Origin: Ranitomeya imitator
Lineage: Eukaryota
Assembly (NCBI RefSeq): GCF_032444005.1
Contig: NC_091285.1
Location: 666,128,001-666,192,000 of the forward strand
Direction of reading: 5' to 3'
DNA length: 64,000 bases
In this document: positions 49,481 through 59,800 of the stretch, piece after piece
Numbering within the stretch: position 1 is the stretch's first letter
Layout: the number at the start of each line of letters is the position of its first letter
The notes under the pieces: model-generated
What the model was told of the DNA's origin: nothing
Databases searched by the model: none
Seen by the model: only the letters and a program-made list of their open reading frames with translations
Made by a program: the position numbers and the translations under genes

Positions 49481-49769
49481 CTGCTCTGTTATGGTTTATA
49501 ACGGTATCAGAGTCCTTAGATTGCAGATACTATTGTTAGTAATGTGGATCCAATCATCGCACCACCAGCCATGAGATGAAGGACACATACTATATGGCGG
49601 CACCGATGAAGGAGGCAGTGGACCGCAATGCTCCTATTAGCAATCCAGCAAAACCAATGACTGTGGATGTGGCGCCCCCTAGTTATTGAGGTGTGAACAG
49701 CTGGCATCTGTAACAATCAGATGATGGCTCCATAGTAAAGATGAAATAAATATGGATAATTTCAAGACT

Positions 49770-49775
49770 TTTATT
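49770..49775 (-). other. Candidate distal polyadenylation signal (AATAAA) of the DOCK gene
   Basis: AATAAA on the minus strand about 1.1 kb after the stop, followed by U-rich sequence. Confidence 0.45.
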
Positions 49776-50173
49776 ACAAAAATAGCCCATAGACTGGCAT
49801 CATTTATACAGCAAAGTGCCAACCGGCAAGGCTACGACACAGCGGGCGATAGAGGCGACGACTAAAACTCAGGCAACCAATGAAATGCCGGCATTCATCT
49901 CCTGAGACAAAAATGACGGCTAGAATCTGATTGGATGCCTCGGACAATGCGGCTGCGATGCCCTCCTATATTACAGCAGAGCCAGTGTGGGCGACAAGGA
50001 TTACACAGAGGGGCACAGTAGGATGGTGACGGGGGGTATCAGCAGTCAGACGACACGGGGGGGGCATATTACAAAACTAGTGCAAGAAAGACGAGCTCGG
50101 CAACCAATCAGATGATTAGAAAAGCAGTGATCTGATTGGCTGCCATAGGCAGTGTATACATTTCTTTAGTGTT

Positions 50174-50179
50174 TTTATT
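50174..50179 (-). other. Candidate proximal polyadenylation signal (AATAAA)
   Basis: AATAAA on the minus strand about 680 nt after the stop. Confidence 0.4.
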
Positions 50180-50814
50180 GTAATTGATCCCCAGTGGAGG
50201 GACGGTGCTCGATGCCAGGTATGGGCCATCTTCCATTAGTGTTATATTTGGTTGTCTGTTTTTGGTTCCTTCGAGTGCCGCCATTGTCCAGGCAGAGGTC
50301 CCCACCCGACCCCTCTCGTGGGGGCTTCAAAGCCGCAGCCAAAAAGTCAACAACTAGGCCTGGCCCATAACCGATGCCCGCGGGCCGAAGCTTCCCTGAG
50401 ATCGGACATTCAGATTTCCTTCTACCCAGGGCATCATTAGAGCCGGAGTGGACGAGCGGGCGAGGCGGTGAATGGAAGGAATGCCTGCTGAGGCGGGCAT
50501 CGGTCATGTCTGACAAATCTAGCGGCCTCATACTCTCTAATCATCTGCCCGCACGCTCGGGATCCTCCTCATGTATCCCTTACTACTACCCTCATCATTG
50601 ATTTCTGAGCCTCAATGACTACTCTCTCCCCCTCCCTCCTTAGTTTTCGTCCTAGCAGCTCTCCATTGCATTCCTTATGTTCTCCCGCCTCGGATCCGTC
50701 CTCCCCCCTCCACATACGGATCCACGGGTGATAACAATGTAAACATTATGAAGTTCAGAAGATCCGGTTCTGGCGTCACCATGGCCGGCGCTGTACGGAC
50801 ACAGAAGTCGCTAA

Positions 50815-50828
50815 TGCCCCCTGGTGGC
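50815..50828 (-). promoter_or_regulatory. CTCF core motif match
   Basis: Minus strand GCCACCAGGGGGCA, a near-consensus CTCF core, about 25 nt past the stop codon. This is a motif match only. Confidence 0.5.
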
Positions 50829-50853
50829 GAGTCCGATATCTGAGCGTCCATAC

Positions 50854-50896
50854 TTATGCGTCAATTTTGCGCAGACTTGTCCGGGTGAGAGAGTCC
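50854..50896 (-). CDS. DOCK6: DOCK6 last coding exon (R)[13 protein letters not shown]
   Basis: Acceptor ctcttatttcag, TAA at 50854-50856. It resembles the DOCK6/7 C-terminal S..R.S.RK.D pattern. Confidence 0.9.
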
Positions 50897-53800
50897 CTGA
50901 AATAAGAGCAAGTACCTTATTATATAGCGTGAAGAGCAACGGCAAGACGTGGTGCGTGGCTGCGGGCATACGTGGCACACGGCTGCGGGCATACCTAGCG
51001 CTTGTGTGAGGCAGCAGATCGTTATACAGCTGCGGGATCTTGCGAGACGTTAGCGGGGCCAGAGCTTCCCGAAGACGTTGGTAGTTTCTCTCTAGCTCCC
51101 GGTGATATTCCCGCTGATCTGCTCCGATCAGAGTCTTATTTTTCCGTAGGGCGTCTTCACACCTAAAAATGCACAAATATACATAAAGTATGAGCTGGTG
51201 CTTAGTGGGGGATGGCATGATGTCACATAGGGAACCTGTGCTGGCACCCCAGAAAGTACCCACGGCATCAGCTACAACATGTGAACCAGAACAGGTCATC
51301 TTCTGTAGGGTCTCCATTATCTGTCATTTCCCATCTACACGGCTGCTCTTTATTCTTTTTCCCTCATTTTTGTGGCCCTCATTGGGCATCACCCATCACC
51401 TTGCGATGTGTGGCACTGTTTGGGCCTACCCAGGACTGCGGGCTCTCTGGGCCTCCAACCTCATCATTGTGACTCGTTCCGGGCCCACAGAGTCAGCTTC
51501 CCCATTTTGTCAATTTCTGGGCCCCTCTGGGACAACAACATGATTAGGATTTTCTCTCTGGGTCCCTCCAGTCTTTAGCTCAATTATTATGACCCTCTTT
51601 GGGCCCTCTCAATGCAATACTCTGTGTTCCCTCACTATAATGCCATTATCTCCTTCTTTTGGTCACATATAAGGAAACAGAAAATCCATTTGGTTCCTTC
51701 CATCCCCAATTCCAACCTCCTGCTGTGGGACTGTTTGTACCTTCCAATCTGCCCCTGACATTGTAGTCCCTTCTGGATCCCTAAGGCTCCTCTCCCCTAT
51801 TGAGGTCCCCCGTGTTACGCTCTTATATTCTCCTCTCAGGCTTTGCTCCTCTCCCGCTACAGTCTCCATTCTTCTAAAGTCCTCACCGCTTGGTGAAGTC
51901 CCTGAAGCAAAGTCGGAGTTTGTTGTGGAGTCTGTAGAGACGAGGATCCTCTGGTATCTCAGAGAGGAACACTTGTGCCACCTCCAGCGGTCCCTGGGGA
52001 AAGAAATCTTACATTAGTGACACCCCTTACTCAGTTACACAAGTTTCCTTATACTCTGGAGGAGTCTAGATGTGACCTTCCCTTGTTCACAAGGACGACT
52101 CGTCTCCAATTACCTGGTTAACAGTTGTCCCCACACAGCCCTGGAGCACCATCTGCAGCATCTTGGCATCGGCTGGGTCCTGGTGGGTTGCAAATGCCAG
52201 CTCTTGTGTCTTCTTCTGCATATCTTCAATCGCAACTTCAACTGGTATCAGCACCACCTAGAAAACCATCATAGATATCTTCAATGTCCGCCATGGCAAA
52301 AGGATGGCCCTGGTGTGAAGGCCCCAACATGCTGAGCGAGGGTTGACCTTACACCACGAGGAGTGAAGGACGTCCTCAGTATGAGGAGCAAAAAATTACC
52401 CCCCCAACATGAGGAGCCACCAAGGATGATACCAGCATGAGGAGAAATGGATGACCCCCCAACATGAGTAGCAAAGGATGACCCCATCATGAGGAGCAAA
52501 GGATGACCCTAGCATGAGGAGCAAAGGATGACCCCAGCATGAGGAGCAAAGGATGACCCCAGCATGAGGAGCAAAGGATGACCCCAGCATGTAGACCGGT
52601 ACCAAAATGATGACGCCTACCGTGATGGCAGAGGGACGATCCCAGAATAAAGACCCCACCATGACAGAAAGATGACCTCATTATGAAGACCCCGCCAACA
52701 TGACAGAAGGATGACCTCAAGATTAAGACGCTGCTATGACAGAAGGTTGGCCCCAGTATGAAGACATCACCGTGATGAAAGAAGGATGACCAGTGTGTTC
52801 TGCCTGCCCCTGATGGCATTACCTCCTCCCGATGTAGGACGTTGACCCGCGTTTTGATGTATGGGAAAGCATGTGACGTGGTTAACACGGTCTTGCGCTT
52901 GTACTGCTCATGAAGATCTCCGTGCGCCCGGCCGTCCAATGTGAACGGTGTACAGAAGAGGAAGGTCCGGAGGTTATAGTTCTTATCAAAGTAGGTGACC
53001 CTGTCTTTCAGTTCATATGTGTCAAAATATGGCTCCACGTAGGTGATCTGGATGAATGCCTGGTGGGAAAAGAGGACGTGTCATGTCGAGGGTCACAAAG
53101 AGGCTTACGGAGAAGATGCGAGACCACACACAGTTCTGTGAGGGGAAATGGTGCAATCTTAAAGTGACCCTTCAGATTCTAATGTCTTCTTCTGTTTTAA
53201 GGACTGTCTTGTGAGGCTCCTACTGTAAGAAAGTGCTCTCATGAACCATTTTCAGAGAATAAGATGCTTTTGCAAGCAGCTAATGCCTTGAGTTTTGCTG
53301 GAAATGCTCCTTGGAAAACAAAGTCCAGCAAATGAGCTCTCACCCAGAAGTAAGAAATCTCTCCAGCTCAACCTAGCGGTGGCCATAGGGCATCAGCCAT
53401 CTGCCAGCATTGAGTCGTCGCTCACCTTGTTGGGGTCCAGTTTTGCTTTGTCCACAGGATTCGAGTCCTTCACCACCTGCACTGTCCCTTCTCCAAACTG
53501 TTCAGTGTAAAACTCCTGAAATCACAAGATGATATGGAGGGTGAATCACAGGCGGATATGAAGACGTAGAGCAGCTGGCAGCACCGCACATATACAGGGT
53601 ATATCTGCAGACCCAACAGTGGAGTCCCCTCCCCATACCTCCAGGCGGTGCGAGATCTCAGCCAGTTTAGTGATGGACGGTTCTTTATAGACAAATTCTT
53701 GCTCATCCAGGTCACCAAATTTGGAACCATAAAATCCAACACGGAAATATGTCCCAAACATCCGCTGTGCGTCTGTGGGAAAAGAGGGACGGCAATATTA

Positions 53801-56800
53801 AAGTATATTTATATATACACATACATACACACAGCGGTGTGAAAAAAGTGATTGCCCCCTAAACCTATTAACTGGGCCACTCTTAGTAGCAACAACCACA
53901 ATCAAGCGTTTGCGATAATTGGCAATGAGTATTTTACAATGCTCTGGAGGAATTTTGGCCCACTCATCTTTGAAGAATTGTAATAATTCAGCCACATTTG
54001 AGGGTTTCCGTGCATGAACCGCCTTTTTAAAGGTCATTACAGCATCTTAATCTTATTAAGGCCAGGTCTTTGACTAGGCCACTCCAAAGTCTTAATTTTG
54101 TTTTTCTTAAGCCATTCAGAGGTGGACTTGCTGGTGTGTTTTCGATCATTGTTCTGCTGCACTTCAGCTTGAGGTCACGAACAGATGGCCGGATGGTAGA
54201 CAGCAGAATTCATGGTCCCATTTAAACACAGGAAGTCTTCCATGTCCTGAAGCAGCAATAACAGACCCAAACATCAGACTAATACGTCCGCGTCTGATGT
54301 CAGTAAGGTGTTAAGGTCATGCCACAGCATCTCAACCGGACTAAGGTCAGGACTTTGACTAGGCTACTCCAAAGTCTTAATTTTGTTTTTCTTAAGCCCT
54401 TCAGATGTGGACTTGCTGGTGTGTTTTGGATAATTGTTCTGCTGCATAACCCAAGTACTCTTCAGCTTGAGTTCACGATCAGATGGCTGGACATTGTCCT
54501 TCAGGATTTTTTGGTAGACGGCAGAATTCATGGCTCCATTTAGCCCAGCAAGTCTTCCAGGTCCTGAAGCAGCAAAACAGCCCCAGACCATCACACTACA
54601 CCACCATATTTTACTGTTGGTATGATGTTTCTTTTCTGAAATGATGTGTTACTTCTACCCCAGATGTAATGGGACATACACTTTTCAGGAAGTTCAACTT
54701 TTGTCTCGTCCATCCACAGAGTATTCTCCCAAAAGTCTTGGGGATCATAAAGATGTTTTCTGGCAAAACTGAGACAAGCCTTTATGTTCTTATTTTTCAG
54801 CAGTGGTTTTCGTCTTGGAACTCTGCCATGTAGGCTATTTTTGCTCAGTCTCTTTCTTATGTCATGGACATTGACAATAACCAAGGCAGGTGAGGCCTTT
54901 AGATCTTTGCATGTTGTTGTGGGGACTTTTGTGACCTCTTGTATGAGTCCTCGCTGCGCTCTTGGAATAATTTTGGACGGACGGCCACTCCGGGGAAGAT
55001 TCACCACTGTTCCATGTTGTCGCCATTTGTAGATAATAGCTCTCACTGTGGTTCGCTGACGTCCCAAAGCTTGAACAATGGCTTCATAACCTTTTCCAGA
55101 CTGATAGATCTCAATTACTTTGTTTCTCACTTGTTCCAGAATTTCCGTGGATCGCAGCATGATGGCTAGCTTAAGGATCCTTTCTTCTATTACGCTTTGT
55201 CAGGCAGATCCTATTCAAGTGATTTCTTGATTGAGAACAGGTGTGGCAGTAATCAGGCCTGGGTGTGGCTAAGGAATCTGAACTCAACTTCTCAAAGATG
55301 TGATTTACCACAGTTAATTTAGGTTTTAAAGGTGGGAGGAAAATCACTTTTTCACACAGCGCCCTGTAAGTTTGGATTTCTTTTTCCATTAATCATAAAG
55401 ACCTCCACTCGGATGTTGTTTTTGTGGGAAAAAGATTACTCATACTTACAGAAAATCGCAGTCCCAGGTGTGGAGATCAATATGAAGTGCAAGGCGAAGA
55501 GAAGGGAAGAGAAATAGAGAAAATTACAATCTGGAATCTGATGATGAGTGAAGTAAGCTGGCCACACACGGCGATGACTATAGGGGAACACTGGGGAGTC
55601 TTAGAAGGGGCGCCATAATATCTCAGATAGGATTCACTGGCTGATATTTAGTCGAGGGTATAAGGAGCATCGGAGATGACCATGTGTGGCTGCTCAGATG
55701 TGAATCCATCATTTACATGCCGTGCAGCAGCCTCTTGTGACATCAGGCAGAGTACCTGCACTTCTTTAGAAGTCAAATGCATTTTTTGAAGAAATAGGGG
55801 TCTCTACTTTGAACAACCCCTCTTTGATCATATGTTGTGAGGATGGAACCGCAGTGATCAGCGGTGAGAAACCTGGTGACAAGTCTTTGGTTTCTCTGCA
55901 GCACCACCGCAGGAGAGATGGAGAAGTGCACCCTTCCTATTGTAATCCTTTTGAGTCCTCCAGAACAAGAGGGCCCTGGTTAATAGAGAAAGACCTCCTT
56001 AAAATTCTTGAACAGGGCATTTATGAATGGAATTTCGAAGCCAGGTAAACCCAGATATTAGTCCGACCCACAACATGGCTGCTAACTCCGAACACACATG
56101 ATGGGTTCACAAACTTTGGTGAAGTTATTGTGAGTGCACTACATTACATACGCGACTATACGAGTGCACAGTCACACGCAGAACATGCCAAAACCAAGGC
56201 GTGCGCCCGTCATCCACAAAAACCCGTGACCGGCGCTCAGTAAATAGCCTCATGTGATTGCACATACACAAAGCCGCGCACTGTCCTCCATCCACACCGG
56301 CTCTAGTTATGTAATAGGACTCAGCTGCTCAGATTTGTCTCCGGTGCCCGTCAGCGGGCAGGAAGTGTCACCCACCTACGGAACAGGACTGTCACCCGGA
56401 GGGCCGCAGGGTTAAGATCTCTGCTTTTCCTATTGCATAAGTAGATCCTGGCAGCGCGGTGAGCGTTAGCTGCCGTGCAGCAAGTGATCGTGGGTCAGAA
56501 AAGCGAGGTGAACGCCGCAGAGGTTAATTTTCACACTTCCTACCTCCCAGCTTGTGATCTGCCCGGGAGCAAAGGGGAAAAACAAAGAAGTGGAGAAAAT
56601 AAGATCAGTCAGCAGGAAGAGGCAAACATAAGGACAAGAGAGGAGGAAGACTGGGGGAGGTGGAGTATAAAGGGGGGAAGGAGGAAGGAAAGGAAGAGAT
56701 ACAGACAGAGGAGCAAGTAAGACCATGCATATGCGCTAGCACCAAAGACCAGAGAGCATGCGTACGCGCTAGAGTCCAAAGAGCATGGTACGTGCTAGAG

Positions 56801-59800
56801 CCCAAAGACCATGTGTACGCGCTAGAGCCCAAAGACCATGTGTACGCGCTAGAGCCCAAAGACCATGTGTAGGCGCTAGAGCCCAAAGACCATGTGTACG
56901 CGCTAGAGCCCAAAGACCATGTGTACGCGCTAGAGCCCAAAGACCATGTGTACGCGCTAGAGCCCAAAGACCATGTGTACGCGCTAGAGCCCAAAGACCA
57001 TGTGTACGCGCTAGAGCCCAAAGACCATGTGTACGCGCTAGAGCCCAAAGAGCATGGTACGCGCTAGAGCCCAAAGACCATGTGTACGCGCTAGAGCCCA
57101 AAGACCATGTGTACGCGCTAGAGCCCAAAGACCATGTGTACGCGCTAGAGCCCAAAGACCATGTGTACGCGCTAGAGCCCAGAGAGCATGGTACGTGCTA
57201 GAGTCCAAAGACCATGTGTACGCGCTAGAGCCCAAAGAGCATGGTACGTGCTAGAGCCCAAAGACCATGTGTACGCGCTAGAGTCCAAAGAGCATGGTAC
57301 GTGCTAGAGTCCAAAGACTATGTGTACGCGCTAGAGCCCAAAGAGCATGGTACGTGCTAGAGCCCAAAAACCATGTGTACGCGCTAGAGCCCAAAGACCA
57401 TGTGTACGCGCTAGAGCCCAAAGACCATGTGTAGGCACTAGAGCCCAAAGACCATGTGTACCCGCTAGAGCCCAAAGACCATGTGTACGCGCTAGAGCCC
57501 AAAGACCATGTGTACGCGCTAGAGCCCAAAGACCATGTGTACGCGCCAGAGCCCAAAGACCATGTGTACGCGCTAGAGCCCAAAGACCATGTGTACGCGC
57601 TAGAGCCCAAAGACCATGTGTACGCGCTAGAGCCCAAAGACCATGTGTACGCGCTAGAGCCCAAAGACCATGTGTACGCGCTAGAGCCCAAAGACCATGT
57701 GTACGCGCTAGAGCCCAAAGAGCATGGTACGTGCTAGAGCCCAAAGACCATGTGTACGCGCTAGAGCCCAGAGAGCATGGTACGTGCTAGAGTCCAAAGA
57801 CCATGTGTACGCGCTAGAGCCCAAAGAGCATGGTACGTGCTAGAGCCCAAAGACCATGTGTACGCGCTAGAGCCCAAAGACCATGTGTACGCGCTAGAGC
57901 CCAAAGACCATGTGTACGCGCTAGAGCCCAAAGAGCATGGTACGTGCTAGAGCCCAAAGACCATGTGTACGCGCTAGAGCCCAAAGACCATGTGTACGCG
58001 CTAGAGCCCAGAGAGCATGGTACGTGCTAGAGTCCAAAGACCATGTGTACGCGCTAGAGCCCAAAGAGCATGGTACGTGCTAGAGCCCAAAGACCATGTG
58101 TACGCGCTAGAGCCCAAAGAGCATGGTACGTGCTAGAGTCCAAAGACTATGTGTACGCGCTAGAGCCCAAAGACCATGCGTACGCGCTAGAGCCCAAAGA
58201 CCATGTGTACGCGCTAGAGTCCAAAGACCATGTGTACGCGCCAGAGCCCAAAGACCATGTGTACGCGCTAGAGCCCAAAGAGCATGGTACGTGCTAGAGC
58301 CCAAAGACCATGTGTACGCGCTAGAGCCCAGAGAGCATGGTACGTGCTAGAGTCCAAAGACCATGTGTACGCGCTAGAGCCCAAAGACCATGTGTACGCG
58401 CTAGAGCCCAAAGAGCATGGTACGTGCTAGAGCCCAAAGACCATGTGTACGCGCTAGAGCCCAGAGAGCATGGTACGTGCTAGAGTCCAAAGACCATGTG
58501 TACGCGCTAGAGCCCAAAGACCATGTGTACGCGCTAGAGCCCAAAGAGCATGGTACGTGCTAGAGCCCAAAGACCATGTGTACGCGCTAGAGCCCAGAGA
58601 GCATGGTACGTGCTAGAGTCCAAAGACCATGTGTACGCGCTAGAGCCCAAAGACCATGTGTACGCGCTAGAGCCCAAAGACCATGTGTACGCGCCAGAGC
58701 CCAAAGACCATGTGTAGGTGCTAGAACATGTGTATGCGCTTGAGCCCAACGAGCATGTGTACAAACTAGTGTCCAGATCATGCATACGCACTAGAGTCAA
58801 AGCCCAAAGAATATGTGTACGCGCTAGAGCCAGAGCCCAAACCCAAAGAGCATGCATAAGTGCAAGAGGAATAGCGAGCATATGTAAGCGCTAAAGCCTC
58901 AGGTGCATGTGTACGTGGTAGAGCCAGAGGCCAAGCAGAAAGGAGGGAAAAGGGAAAACCGTGAAAGGCGAAGAAGAAATCAATCAGGGAACATAAGGAA
59001 CGGAGAGAAATAATACACAGTAACAAACAGTAACACCCAACATCTCCTCACTATCTAATCGCAGCAGCAGGGTTACTCTGCACTGGGAGGGTCCTCTATG
59101 GAGCAGAACGGAGGAGATTGGGGGGTCTGTATGTATCTGTAGAGAGACTGGTCCTTGCTGCTCTCCTGACCATAAGTGACGCTCCCTGGGGGGGTCTACA
59201 TCCCACAGCTCCCAGTCTTCAGACCTTTCAGCCGCCCTGCTCTGTCAGCTATCTGGCTTCACTTTTATTTACCCGTACAAACAATAGCGCCCCCACCTGG
59301 TTAGTGATTTTGTTGAACGCCTCCTGCAGCTTCCCGTGGACTGACGCCAGTTTCTTGTAGTCTCGATGGGCTTCATAAATGGGGATGAGAATTTTATACA
59401 CTTCGTTCACCGCCTCGAATAATGACCCCTGAAGACAGAAAGCACAACATAAGCGAGTGCGTATACCGTATCACCCAGGAAATATATATACCGTATATTC
59501 AGCTGCTAAAATGTTTCCATATTTAGAAACATAACTGCGGCCTTCCAAAATCAGCAACAGACTTACTCATCCCTGAACTGCAGTACAAGACAGAGGGACA
59601 TAGGGAGGACAGAGGGATCCGGGGTGGGCAGGGGGACGTGAGGTGGGCAGAGGAGAGAGGGGAGGGCAGGGCAGAGGTATGCGGGGAGGGTAGAGGGGAC
59701 AGAGGGATGCGGGGTGGACAGAGGAGAGCGGGGAGGGCAGAGGTATGCGGGGAGGGTAAAGGGGACAGAGGGACGCGGGGAGGGTAGAGGGGAGCGGGGA

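Noticed and set aside
50108-50810. Alternative last coding exons (ORF 50175-50531, and an acceptor near 50790)
   Set aside because: The true terminal exon with a DOCK-type tail and stop lies at 50854-50896, so these are within the 3' UTR.
53790-59290. Separate 9-nt DGK-type microexon
   Set aside because: I found no AG-GAYGGNAAR-GT pattern by eye. See the tandem-acceptor finding instead.
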